Assembly: GCA_965200205.1 (NCBI GenBank)
Contig: CBDAUI010000002.1
Span: 599,218 to 663,217 of the forward strand
Source of the DNA: Candidatus Poribacteria bacterium
Lineage (GTDB): Bacteria; Poribacteria; WGA-4E; WGA-3G
Length of the DNA stretch: 64,000 bases
Direction: 5' to 3'
Made by a program: the position numbers and the translations under genes. Position 1 is the stretch's first letter. Each line of letters begins with the position of its first letter. This document shows positions 10,330 through 20,256 of the stretch, piece by piece. The notes beneath the pieces are model-generated. The model worked only from the letters and a program-made list of their open reading frames with translations, had not been told where the DNA came from and made no database searches.

Positions 10330-11136
10330 ATGATCCGTGTAATTATTAATGGGGCATGTGGTCGTATGGGACGGCTCATCATTCAAGGTGTGACGCAACA
10401 GACGGACATGGAAATTGTTGGCGCGATTGAATACCCCGAACACCCACAAATCGGTAGTGATGCCGGTGTCGTCGCAGGTATTGGCGAGATTGGTATCGCT
10501 ATTACAGGCGCGCTTGAAGATGTACTTGAAGATGCAGATGTCATCATCGAGTTTTCAAAGCCCGAAGTAACCGTGCAGCACCTCAGACAGGTTGTTGATA
10601 CTGACAAAGCGATGATCATCGCAACAACTGGATTCAACGCTGACGAACTCACGACAGTTAAGCAACTTGCCTCTCAAATTCGCTGTGTGATGGCACCGAA
10701 CATGAGCCTCGGTGTTAACGTGATGATTCAGGCACTTGAGCTCATTGCTAAAGCCCTCGGGGATGACTACGATATTGAGGTTATAGAGGCACATCACAAT
10801 CACAAAGCAGATTCACCGAGTGGAACCGCACTCCGTCTGGCAGAGACCGTCGCTGCGGCATTAGAACGCGACTTAGATGAGGTCGGGGTTTACGGGCGCC
10901 ACGGTATTGTCGGTGCGAGACCGAAGAAACAGATCGGTATCCATGCCGTGCGCGGTGGCGATATTGCAGGCGATCATACGGTACTGTTTGCAACCGAAGG
11001 TGAACAATTAAGTGTTGTCCACCGTGCCCACAGTCCTGAAGCTTTTGCCAAGGGGGCGATCCGTGCAGCGAGATGGGTTATTGATGCCCCTAAAGGACTG
11101 CACGATGTCAGCGAAGTCCTTTTTCAGAAGTCGTAG
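10330..11136 (+). CDS. dapB: 4-hydroxy-tetrahydrodipicolinate reductase
   Basis: N-terminal GACGRMG Rossmann motif and EAHHNHKADSPSGTA catalytic motif. Confidence 0.9.
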   Translation: MIRVIINGACGRMGRLIIQGVTQQTDMEIVGAIEYPEHPQIGSDAGVVAGIGEIGIAITGALEDVLEDADVIIEFSKPEVTVQHLRQVVDTDKAMIIATTGFNADELTTVKQLASQIRCVMAPNMSLGVNVMIQALELIAKALGDDYDIEVIEAHHNHKADSPSGTALRLAETVAAALERDLDEVGVYGRHGIVGARPKKQIGIHAVRGGDIAGDHTVLFATEGEQLSVVHRAHSPEAFAKGAIRAARWVIDAPKGLHDVSEVLFQKS

Positions 11137-11166
11137 GAACTAACTATAGGTTCAAAGGAATCTCTG

Positions 11167-11976
11167 ATGATCCGTGTTGTTATTATTGGTATTTGTGGTC
11201 GTATGGGACAGTGTCTCACGCGCTGCATTACTCAACAAACCGATATGCGGCTCGTTGGTGCTATCCAATATCCATCGCATCCACGCATAGGCAGTGATGC
11301 CGGTGTCGTCGCAGGTATTGGTGACATCGGTGTAGCTATCGCAGGTGAACTTGGGGATGTGCTTGAAAACGCGGATGTCGTTATTGAGTTTTCAAAACCT
11401 AAAGCGACACTCGGATACCTCCGACAGATTGTCAATACAGATAAAGCTATCGTTATTGGCACAACTGGATTTACCGGCGATGAACTCGCAACTGTCAAAG
11501 AACTCGCCGCACAGACTCGCTGCGTGATGGCACCGAATATGAGTCTCGGTGTCAATGTGATGATTCAGGCACTCGATTTAATTGCCAAAGCCCTTGGAGA
11601 TGATTATAATATTGAAGTCATAGAAGCGCATCATAATCATAAAGCAGATTCACCAAGTGGGACAGCATTCCGATTAACAGAGACACTCACCACAGCACTC
11701 GAACGAGATTTAGACGAGGTAGGCATTTACGGTAGACACGGTATTGTCGGTGCGAGACCGAAGAAACAGATCGGCATTCATGCCGTGCGCGGTGGTGATA
11801 TTGCCGGTGATCATACGGTACTGTTTGCGGCAGAAGGTGAACAATTAAGTGTCGTCCACCGCGCGCACAGTCCCGAAGCATTCGCGAAAGGTGCGATTCG
11901 TGCCGCGAGATGGGTCGTTGATGCCCCTAAAGGATTACACGATGTCAGCGAAGTCCTTTTCCCAGAGCAGCCCTAA
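11167..11976 (+). CDS. dapB: 4-hydroxy-tetrahydrodipicolinate reductase, tandem paralog
   Basis: Same motifs; ~80% identical to the upstream copy by eye. Confidence 0.9.
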   Translation: MIRVVIIGICGRMGQCLTRCITQQTDMRLVGAIQYPSHPRIGSDAGVVAGIGDIGVAIAGELGDVLENADVVIEFSKPKATLGYLRQIVNTDKAIVIGTTGFTGDELATVKELAAQTRCVMAPNMSLGVNVMIQALDLIAKALGDDYNIEVIEAHHNHKADSPSGTAFRLTETLTTALERDLDEVGIYGRHGIVGARPKKQIGIHAVRGGDIAGDHTVLFAAEGEQLSVVHRAHSPEAFAKGAIRAARWVVDAPKGLHDVSEVLFPEQP

Positions 11977-13984
11977 TTATCTGGTGCGGGGCAGCCTTAT
12001 AGCAATTGTTGTGTCTGTCACATTCTTATTTATTACAGTCGGTTGCGAGGAAACAACGTCTAAAAAACAGACACGTTACGAGTGGAAGACTGTCATGAAA
12101 GGCGATTGGAGTTCTCACCTTTATGATGTACATTTCATCTCTGAGACACACGGTTGGGCAGTCGGTAATTCGGTTGAGGTGACACCAGGACTGGATTCTG
12201 CAGAAGGCGGAGAGAGTCTCGTCATCCACACAAAAGATGGCGGTAACACTTGGCACCGACAGAACAGCGGCGTTTTCGGTAAACCGCTGCGAAAAGTCTA
12301 TTTCCGATCAGCATTGGAAGGTTGGTCTATCGGTGAGGAAGGCGTACTCATTCACACTTCCGATGGCGGAAAAACGTGGGGGTCGATTGAAACGTCTACA
12401 AGGAATAACCTCAACGCCCTTTTTATCCGGGATGAAATAGGTTGGGTCGTCGGAGATTGGGGGACACTGCTTAAAACAACCGATGGTGGACAGACATTTA
12501 TCGAGATTGATGACGACATATTTGGTCGTAAGTCTCTGAAAAGTATATATTTTGTAAATGAAACCCACGGATGGATCGTTACCTATAACACACCGACATC
12601 AACAGCACACGAAAACGCTGGTTATATCTATCAAACGACCGATGGCGGTATTACATGGACGGAACAATTCACCACAGAAGCCGCACTCTTCAGCATTCAT
12701 TTCATTGACAATCAGACAGGCTGGGTTGTAGGAGATAAGCGAAATGTCTTTGCAACATCTGATGCGGGTGAGACATGGCAATTCATCACAGACGGAAGCA
12801 ACCAACGCCATAAAACCAGTTACGGACAACCGGAATATCTCGGCAATGAGCCGTTGCACACCTTTACACTCTATGATATTGAGTTTACGGATGACCAGAA
12901 CGGCTGGATTGTTGGCGATTTGGGGGTGATTCTCCATACGTCGTCCGGCGGGAAAGGAAAATGGAAACATCAACGCGGCGGACCGCGCTTTCACAACAGT
13001 GCGGATGCCGTCCTGCTCGGTGTTGATTTTGTCTCTAAACGGCTCGGTTGGGTCGTTGGTGAAAACGGCACGATTCTACACACCCGTAACGGCGGCGTGA
13101 CATGGGAGTCACAATCGAGTCCGAGTCATCTGTTGGTAGGTGTCTGTGCTGTTTCGCCGGAAGAGGGGTACGTCGTCGGGGATCGCGGTGCTATCCTACG
13201 AACTAAAGATGGCGGGACCCAGTGGCAGGCACAGGACAGTCGGACGACGGAGTGTTTCGGTGCCACACACTTTATATCGAAAGAAAAAGGGTGGGCAGTC
13301 GCTGAAGCCGGTGTCGTTTTGCACACCCTAAATGCTGGTGCTGTGTGGGAACGTCAGAACTCAAGAACGCAGCAAGACCTGCTCGGTCTTTTCTTTGTCG
13401 ATGAGAAAACAGGATGGTGTGTCGGAACCGGCGGTGAGATCATCCACACAAGGGACGGCGGAAAGACATGGCAACAGCAGAAAAGCGGAACAACTTGGCA
13501 TCTCTTTGATGTCCATTTTACCTCGAAGAGGGAAGGTTGGGCAGTCGGTCTCTTCGGAACGGTACTACAGACAATGGATGGTGGCGAAACATGGAAATCG
13601 TCGAAACTGAGTCGGCAACTCTTGAAGTCGGAGGCCAGTAGCGACCTCTGGCTTGACGCTGTCTACTTTGTTTCACCAAACCTCGGATGGATTGTCGGTA
13701 TTGATGGACAGATATATCACACAGATGATCGTGGAAACAGTTGGACCCGTCAAGAGAGTTATACACAAAATTTTCTTGACGACGTATTTTTTGTCTCTGA
13801 AATGGAAGGTTGGATCGTCGGAAAAGGCGGGTTAGTCCTGCATACGAAAGATGGTGGGCAAAATTGGAGACGTCAATGGACAGATACCCAAACGGATCTG
13901 AAAGCGATCTACGTGAGTCGTGCAGATAGTGGATGGATCGTTGGTCAAAATGGAACGATTCTCAAATATGAGGCTGTTCCGTAA
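11942..13984 (+). CDS. BNR/Asp-box (Ycf48-like) beta-propeller repeat lipoprotein
   Basis: ~14 repeats of the GW.VG...T.DGG.TW motif (e.g. IHTKDGGNTWHRQ, IHTSDGGKTWGSI). N-terminal lipoprotein signal LFITVGC. Start ambiguous: ATG 11942 overlaps the dapB end; GTG 11985 is the alternative. Confidence 0.7.
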   Translation: MSAKSFSQSSPNYLVRGSLIAIVVSVTFLFITVGCEETTSKKQTRYEWKTVMKGDWSSHLYDVHFISETHGWAVGNSVEVTPGLDSAEGGESLVIHTKDGGNTWHRQNSGVFGKPLRKVYFRSALEGWSIGEEGVLIHTSDGGKTWGSIETSTRNNLNALFIRDEIGWVVGDWGTLLKTTDGGQTFIEIDDDIFGRKSLKSIYFVNETHGWIVTYNTPTSTAHENAGYIYQTTDGGITWTEQFTTEAALFSIHFIDNQTGWVVGDKRNVFATSDAGETWQFITDGSNQRHKTSYGQPEYLGNEPLHTFTLYDIEFTDDQNGWIVGDLGVILHTSSGGKGKWKHQRGGPRFHNSADAVLLGVDFVSKRLGWVVGENGTILHTRNGGVTWESQSSPSHLLVGVCAVSPEEGYVVGDRGAILRTKDGGTQWQAQDSRTTECFGATHFISKEKGWAVAEAGVVLHTLNAGAVWERQNSRTQQDLLGLFFVDEKTGWCVGTGGEIIHTRDGGKTWQQQKSGTTWHLFDVHFTSKREGWAVGLFGTVLQTMDGGETWKSSKLSRQLLKSEASSDLWLDAVYFVSPNLGWIVGIDGQIYHTDDRGNSWTRQESYTQNFLDDVFFVSEMEGWIVGKGGLVLHTKDGGQNWRRQWTDTQTDLKAIYVSRADSGWIVGQNGTILKYEAVP

Positions 13985-13996
13985 ACATCCTATACC

Positions 13997-14755
13997 ATGA
14001 GGAAAAGGGAAATGACAGACGAACAAAAATACCTATTTGACTTACAAGGTTTCATCGTGTTAGAGGGAGTTATCCCGCAGTCAGTGATTGCTGCGTGTAG
14101 TGCTGTGTTAGATCAATATGAGAATATGCCGCCTGAAGATTATCCGCCTCCACTGTGCCTCGGTACACAGCGAACGGAGAAGGAACTCTATATCTCCAAT
14201 ATTCTGGAGGCAGACAGGGTCTTTAACGCGCTTATTGACATTCCAGAGGTACTGGACGTAATTCAAGGCGTAACCGGCGGTCCCTACCGGCTCAATCACA
14301 CCTATACGATTTATAGGTGGGGCGGCGGCTATACCGGACTGCACATGCATGGAACACCCATTATCCCGAAATGCCAATACCACTGCAAAAACGGAGAGAT
14401 GGTTTCAACCTTAACGAAGGCAGTTTTTCCGATGCTGGATTGCGACGTGGAAGATGGTTGTTTCGCTGCTATACCGGGGGCACACAAAAGTAATTTTCCC
14501 AAACCTTGGGGAAACCACCCTGATGAGAACCCTGTGTTAAGCCCGATTCCAGCGAAAGCAGGGGATGCCATTATCTTTACGGAGGCACTCACACACGGGT
14601 CTGTCATCAATGTTTCTGGCAAACCGCGTCGGACGCTTTATTACTGTTACAGTATCGGTTATATGCCGGATTGGGGTGGTCAAGGTTTGCATTTCAGCCC
14701 GAACGTCATGGCAAGCCTCACTGAAGTTCAGCAGTCAATCCTTCATCTTAAATAG
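13997..14755 (+). CDS. Phytanoyl-CoA dioxygenase (PhyH) family Fe(II)/2OG oxygenase
   Basis: N-terminal YLFDLQGFIVLEGVI and overall PhyH-like layout; assigned from motifs only. Confidence 0.6.
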   Translation: MRKREMTDEQKYLFDLQGFIVLEGVIPQSVIAACSAVLDQYENMPPEDYPPPLCLGTQRTEKELYISNILEADRVFNALIDIPEVLDVIQGVTGGPYRLNHTYTIYRWGGGYTGLHMHGTPIIPKCQYHCKNGEMVSTLTKAVFPMLDCDVEDGCFAAIPGAHKSNFPKPWGNHPDENPVLSPIPAKAGDAIIFTEALTHGSVINVSGKPRRTLYYCYSIGYMPDWGGQGLHFSPNVMASLTEVQQSILHLK

Positions 14756-14805
14756 TTGTCAGTACGATTTTTTCTCCGAAAAAAATCTTTCAGTTGTCAG
14801 TTACC
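14748..14805. repeat. ~55-bp repeat element at a gene 3' end, copy A
   Basis: TTAAATAGTTGTCAGTACGATTTTTTCTCCGAAAAAAATCTTTCAGTT; contains the AT hairpin GATTTTTTC/GAAAAAAATC; supplies the TAG stop of the PhyH-like gene. Confidence 0.7.
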
Positions 14806-14988
14806 CTGTTGTGGTTTTAGGGTATGTTGTGGAATCCAAAAGAAAACTAACAATCACAAGATGTTAACCGAATACTGATAACCGACAACCGATAACTATT
14901 AAAATTGATAACTGAAAGCGTAGCGTACTGATAACTAATAACTATTCCCTCTAACAACTGAGAACTACTAAAAAGGTAAATTTAAAAT

Positions 14989-16164
14989 ATGATTTCATTT
15001 TCGGAACGGTTACAAAAACTTCCACCCTATCTCTTTGTAGATTTGCGTCAAAGGATGCAGGCAGCGAAAGCGCGAGGCGTTGATGTCATTAGCCTCGGCA
15101 TCGGCGATCCCGATTTCCCGACACCGGATCCAGTCGTTGGGGCACTCGTGCAGGCGATCCAGAATCCTGAAGATCCAAACCGGCATCGCTATGGATGCGA
15201 CATCCCTGTTGAGGATTTCCCGCAAGCAGTGCTCGACTTTTATCAACGGCGTTACGGCGTTACGCTTGCCGAAGATCAAGTCGCTACGACGCTCGGTAGC
15301 AAGGATGCGATCGTTAAATTGGCACTCGGCATCCTCAATCCTGGGGATATCGGCATTGCAGCAAGTCCGGGGTACCCGACATATAACATCGGACACGTTT
15401 TTGCGAGTGCGACGACGTACTACGCACCGATTCTGCGAGAAAACGATTTTTATGTTGACTTTGATGCGATTCCTGATGAAATCAAACGTCTTGCCAAAGT
15501 CCTCTGGATCAATTATCCGAACAACCCGACGACGGCGACTGCTGATCTTGATTTTTTCGAGCGTGCTGTGGAATTTGGAAGGCAGAATGACATCCTGATT
15601 GCGCACGACAACGCTTATAGTGAAAATACGTACGATGGCTACCATTCTCCGAGCATCTTGCAGGTCGATGGTGCTGCTGAGGTTGCTGTCGAATTCTTCT
15701 CATTGAGTAAAGCGTTTAATATGACCGGATGGCGATTAGGGTTTGTCGTTGGGCATCCGGCTGCCGTGAGTGCCGTCAAGACGGTTAAAGACAACATTGA
15801 TAACGGTTCACTCCGCGCACTTCAGTTTGCCGGGGCGCAGGCACTGTCGATGGCAGAGGAGATCACACCCGCAATAAATGCTGTTTACGAAAAACGGCGG
15901 GATGTTGTTGTAGATGCTTTGGCAGAGAGCGGATGGGAGATAGAAAAACCGAAGGCGACAATATATGTGTGGGCACCAGTCCCACCGCGTTTCGACGGTT
16001 CGAGTCGCGCTTTTGCAACAGCACTCCTTGAAGAAGTCGGCGTTGTCGTGACACCCGGACTCGGATACGGGCAGTGGAGCGAAGGGTACTACCGAATCTC
16101 ACTCACTTATCCTGATGAAGTCATCAGTGAAGCGATTTCACGTCTCCGTGATTTTGCACATTAA
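14989..16164 (+). CDS. PLP-dependent class I/II aminotransferase, probably LL-diaminopimelate aminotransferase (DapL type)
   Basis: N-terminal LPPYLF...ISLGIGDPDFPTP resembles DapL; 391 aa; sits in a dapB-containing neighbourhood. Confidence 0.7.
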   Translation: MISFSERLQKLPPYLFVDLRQRMQAAKARGVDVISLGIGDPDFPTPDPVVGALVQAIQNPEDPNRHRYGCDIPVEDFPQAVLDFYQRRYGVTLAEDQVATTLGSKDAIVKLALGILNPGDIGIAASPGYPTYNIGHVFASATTYYAPILRENDFYVDFDAIPDEIKRLAKVLWINYPNNPTTATADLDFFERAVEFGRQNDILIAHDNAYSENTYDGYHSPSILQVDGAAEVAVEFFSLSKAFNMTGWRLGFVVGHPAAVSAVKTVKDNIDNGSLRALQFAGAQALSMAEEITPAINAVYEKRRDVVVDALAESGWEIEKPKATIYVWAPVPPRFDGSSRAFATALLEEVGVVVTPGLGYGQWSEGYYRISLTYPDEVISEAISRLRDFAH

Positions 16165-16217
16165 ATAGTTGTCAGTCGTCAGTACGATTTTTTCCGCGAA
16201 AAAATCTTTCAGTTTGC
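16161..16217. repeat. ~55-bp repeat element at a gene 3' end, copy B
   Basis: TTAAATAGTTGTCAGTCGTCAGTACGATTTTTTCCGCGAAAAAATCTTTCAGTT; ~90% identical to copy A with a 7-bp internal duplication (CGTCAGT); supplies the TAA stop of the aminotransferase. Confidence 0.7.
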
Positions 16218-16323
16218 CTCGCAGTGAGAGTTAAAAAGTGTCCAGTGGTTTCCAGTTAAAAGTTAACAGGAAAAGAGAGTTCTGGTAACTGGACACTGAT
16301 AACTGTTAACTAATCCTCTCTGG

Positions 16324-19300
16324 TTGATAATGCTTATGATATTACAAACTAACTTCCGTTTAGAAAGTTTCAGACATCTACAAACGCGGGCTAAAAACCT
16401 GCTTCTATTAGTGGTTAGTATCGTCTTTGGTGCGGTTCTCGTTTGTGGTGGTGTAAGGGCTGATCAGGTTCAGACGTATACCGTTGCTGATGGCTTGGTG
16501 GGTCCTATTGTCCCTGTTATTTTCCAAGACAGTCGGGGCGCGCTTTGGTTCGGTTCCGATCGCGGTGGCGTAAGCCGGTTTTACGACAACACTTTTAAAT
16601 CGTATGTCGGATCCTTGAACACTTATGAGGATGTTGAAGCAGGTGCACTGCTCGGACAGACGCGGCAAATCGTTGAGGATAAATGGGGACACATCTGGTT
16701 TCTCACACGTGTTCCGTCAGAAAAATCGGGTAGAGTTAGCCGGTTTGACGGTAAGTCGGTCAGTTATGTCGGCACCGGGAACTCCATTATCACAGATCAA
16801 CACGGTGATATATGGGTCGGTGAAAATCATGTGCTAACGCAGTACGTGACACCGGGGGTCGAAAGATTACCGCAGCCTCAACCTCATGAAATCATAGGTG
16901 AAGATCTAATCAAATCGACAACTTTGACGATAAATGTCGTTTTTGAAAGTGAAGATGGAACGCTCTGGCTCGGCGGGAGTGAAGGTGAAGCGGCAATAAA
17001 TGGTGTCATCCTAAGTTTTCGTGGGAACCGTTGGAGACGTGTGGTACCTGATGAAGGTAACGGGAGCGACGAGGCTGAAACGGAGGTCGGCACGCCGCGT
17101 ATTCATCCAAACGCCGGTTTTACACGACACGATGTGTCCAGCCTTAATGTGGTTAGCCCGGTCGAGGCGATCGCTGAAGATTCTATCGGCAATCTTTGGT
17201 TCGGCGGCGATAATCTCCTTCTCCGCTTTGATGGTATAGATTTTCAACAGATTCTTCCTACATGGTCTTACACCGGACGCAAATCTTCAGATGAAACGCC
17301 ATTGAGAAGACCGGCTTCAATTAAGATTGATGCAAAAGGAGATGTGTGGTTTAGCGATGAGCGACCCGCAAGACGGTGGGACGGCTCTAACCTCCGTACA
17401 CCCAGAGATGTACACGGGTTTCTTGAAATTGAAGATAAATGGAACAACCTATGGTTCATCAGCGAAGGCCGTGGTGTCCGTCAATATAATTCCGACTTTG
17501 AGCTCCTTTTAGATAACGCGAATAGTAGACTCGAAAACGATGAAATCCGAACAATATTTGAAGCCGTTGACGGTAAATTGTGGTTCGGACACAACAACGG
17601 TGTAACAATCCTTGATCCGACACCTGCAGTGATTACACATGCGAAACTGGGGACCAGTCGGGTCCGCACGATGTATGAGGACAGTCGCGGTTACCTCTGG
17701 TTCAGCGTTCCAGGTGCTGTCGCGCGTTATGATGCCAAGATAGATGAGATCACAACAGCATCATTCAGGCTAAGTGATGAGCGAAATGAGGCTGGGACTG
17801 AACCAAATATGAACCGGCGCTCTCAGGCTGAAATCGTGAAAATATTTGAAGTCGGCAGGGATGTCTGGTTTATTAATGAACCGGTATCCCGGAGCACTTC
17901 AACGCGATATACATTCTTCCGCTACGCAAATGGGAGCTACGGGCCCCAAATCTCTATTTCTGTCCGCACAAAAATCGGTCCTGGCGGTGACAGGTCAGAT
18001 AGCGACCCGAGTGTACTTCTTAGCGGAGGCGAATATGTTTGGATGGCTTTTGGCGGACATCTTTTCAAAGCAGACACCATGGGGCTTTTGTGGATCACAG
18101 ATAGAAGTACACAAAGAATCCTATTTCAAAAATCCTCTGAAATAGATAGTGCGACCCCTACGCTTCAGATAGACCCAGGACCCGTTCCGATAACAGATTT
18201 ATATAGAGATTCAGCGGATAGGTTATGGGTGCATTTCGCCAACGGGAGCGTAAAACGCTATCCCAAGGATATCAATCTTGCGTCGCCTACAATGAGTTCT
18301 ATCCCGCCGGACCTGCTGCGGCTCAAAGCAACTCACCTTGTAAAATCGACACCGGAAGATAAATGGTATTTCAACGCAATGACAGGAAAGTTGATACGCT
18401 GGAGCGACATCGAATCTGGCAAACCAATTATCCTTGATGGTGAATCAAGTGCCGCACCACTCGCAGTCTGGCAAGAACCTGCCAGTCAGATCGATAGAAT
18501 CACTTTCGTCTTTTCTGATGCGCTTAGGACCTACCACGGTAAAATGCTAAGAACTGTTGATCCTATCGGTCCAATCGATACTGTAAACGCTTCTCTGATT
18601 ACGAGAGATGGCGTTCTCTGGTTAGCGACATCCCACGGTGCCGTCCGATACGATGGAGAAAGACTCAGGACATATACGAGGAAGGAAGATGGTTTTCTTG
18701 TGGATAATGTCCGCGATGTTGTAGAAGACAGTCGCGGAAATATATGGTTCGCGACAAGAGGTGGCGGTGCCGTCCGATATGATGGTGAAACTTTCCACAG
18801 TCGAACGACGAAAAACGGGTGGGCACACAATAACATCTCAAAAATCCTTGAATCTTCTGAGAAAGACATCTGGTTTGCGACTGAAGGCGGTGTTACACAG
18901 TATACACCCGCGCGGGGCGGGTTACCAGAGTGCAGAATAATCAGCTTGGAGGCGGATAAGTCTTACAGCGATTTCTCGTCGAGTTTAGTTTTACCGACGC
19001 GCGGTGCTAAAACTTTCAATGTTCGCGGACTCAGCTCACTTCGAGAAGGTCTTTCTTATCAATTTAAATTGATTGGGTTGGACACACCAACCTGGATGAA
19101 CGTCTCCGCGGAGGACTTCGCGAATCTTCCTGTCGTCTCCACCGCGCGAGCAGACGAATGGACCCCATTTGCCGGATCCATTGCGACGGAGCAACAGAGC
19201 CTCAATAATATCGGTGTTACGCAGGAGATCCAGAACCAAAACGGTATTTTGCGGATTCGATACGCCGGGCTTAAGGCAGGACATTATACTTTCCTCATCA

Positions 19301-20247
19301 AGGCGTTCCGCAAAGGTTGGCACTACACGGCACCGCCTGCAATTGTGGATTTTAATATCCCGCCGCCGATCTGGACACGTTGGCGAACGTACTTACCGAC
19401 CTTCATCTTCATAACTGTTGTATTTGCACTGGTGGGTCGTTTGATACTCAACCGGCGACACACACTCCAGTTGCGGAATGAGATGCGAGAGAAAGAAGAA
19501 GCCGAAATGCAGCGTATCCGCGCGGAGTTAAGCGAAGCACAGAATATTCAAATGGGTCTATTGCCGCCAGAGGCACCGGACATGAAAGGGTTTGAAGTCG
19601 CTGGCATGTCGGTTCCTGCAACACAGGTCGGTGGTGATTTCTACGATTACCTAACTGTAGAGAACGGGCAGACCGCAATCGCGGTGGCGGACGCTGCGGG
19701 GAAAGGCTTACGCGGTGCGATGAACGCCGTGCTGACAAACGGGATGTTGTATGAAGTCTCGCGCTACAAATCCGAAGCTGCGGTTATTCTGAGTGATCTC
19801 AACGCCGGGTTAGCACCGCGGATGTACGGTCCCAGTTTCATCGCACTTAACTTAGCTATCCTCGATGAAACGAATAAACGGATCAACTACGCGAACGGTG
19901 GACAACCGTATCCTATTCTCAAACGCGGCGAGGAGGTCATTGAGATTGAAAACAGTGATCTGCCACTCGGTAGTATGAAAAGGGTGGTCTATGAGTCCAG
20001 TACGATTGAGTTAAGCGATGGCGATACATTAATCTTCCATACCGATGGCCTTATCGAGGCACTCAACGCAGAGGGAGAGATGTATGGGACGGAGCGTTTT
20101 AAGCAATCGGTCTCTCAGATGTCTGATGATTTCAGTGCCGAAGATATTATCCAGCACATTGTGGACGACGTTCATGAATTTGTCGGTGACGCTGAGCAGT
20201 ATGACGATCTTACGATTGTTGTTATCAGGCTACGTTCCGATGTATAG
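16324..20247 (+). CDS. Sensor protein: periplasmic two-component-regulator propeller/Y_Y_Y domains, TM helix, coiled coil, PP2C/SpoIIE serine phosphatase domain
   Basis: N-terminal TM; repeated GxLWFG(S/T) propeller motifs; Y_Y_Y-like YQFKLIG segment; TM helix at PTFIFITVVFALVG; C-terminal SpoIIE motifs GDFYDY, VADAAGKG, HTDGLIEA, YDDLTIVVIRL. Confidence 0.8.
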   Translation: MIMLMILQTNFRLESFRHLQTRAKNLLLLVVSIVFGAVLVCGGVRADQVQTYTVADGLVGPIVPVIFQDSRGALWFGSDRGGVSRFYDNTFKSYVGSLNTYEDVEAGALLGQTRQIVEDKWGHIWFLTRVPSEKSGRVSRFDGKSVSYVGTGNSIITDQHGDIWVGENHVLTQYVTPGVERLPQPQPHEIIGEDLIKSTTLTINVVFESEDGTLWLGGSEGEAAINGVILSFRGNRWRRVVPDEGNGSDEAETEVGTPRIHPNAGFTRHDVSSLNVVSPVEAIAEDSIGNLWFGGDNLLLRFDGIDFQQILPTWSYTGRKSSDETPLRRPASIKIDAKGDVWFSDERPARRWDGSNLRTPRDVHGFLEIEDKWNNLWFISEGRGVRQYNSDFELLLDNANSRLENDEIRTIFEAVDGKLWFGHNNGVTILDPTPAVITHAKLGTSRVRTMYEDSRGYLWFSVPGAVARYDAKIDEITTASFRLSDERNEAGTEPNMNRRSQAEIVKIFEVGRDVWFINEPVSRSTSTRYTFFRYANGSYGPQISISVRTKIGPGGDRSDSDPSVLLSGGEYVWMAFGGHLFKADTMGLLWITDRSTQRILFQKSSEIDSATPTLQIDPGPVPITDLYRDSADRLWVHFANGSVKRYPKDINLASPTMSSIPPDLLRLKATHLVKSTPEDKWYFNAMTGKLIRWSDIESGKPIILDGESSAAPLAVWQEPASQIDRITFVFSDALRTYHGKMLRTVDPIGPIDTVNASLITRDGVLWLATSHGAVRYDGERLRTYTRKEDGFLVDNVRDVVEDSRGNIWFATRGGGAVRYDGETFHSRTTKNGWAHNNISKILESSEKDIWFATEGGVTQYTPARGGLPECRIISLEADKSYSDFSSSLVLPTRGAKTFNVRGLSSLREGLSYQFKLIGLDTPTWMNVSAEDFANLPVVSTARADEWTPFAGSIATEQQSLNNIGVTQEIQNQNGILRIRYAGLKAGHYTFLIKAFRKGWHYTAPPAIVDFNIPPPIWTRWRTYLPTFIFITVVFALVGRLILNRRHTLQLRNEMREKEEAEMQRIRAELSEAQNIQMGLLPPEAPDMKGFEVAGMSVPATQVGGDFYDYLTVENGQTAIAVADAAGKGLRGAMNAVLTNGMLYEVSRYKSEAAVILSDLNAGLAPRMYGPSFIALNLAILDETNKRINYANGGQPYPILKRGEEVIEIENSDLPLGSMKRVVYESSTIELSDGDTLIFHTDGLIEALNAEGEMYGTERFKQSVSQMSDDFSAEDIIQHIVDDVHEFVGDAEQYDDLTIVVIRLRSDV

Positions 20248-20256
20248 GCTCGGTTC

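Noticed and set aside
15010-15645. 211-aa antisense ORF inside the aminotransferase gene
   Set aside because: Shadow ORF of a well-supported gene; low-complexity Arg/Ile-rich translation.
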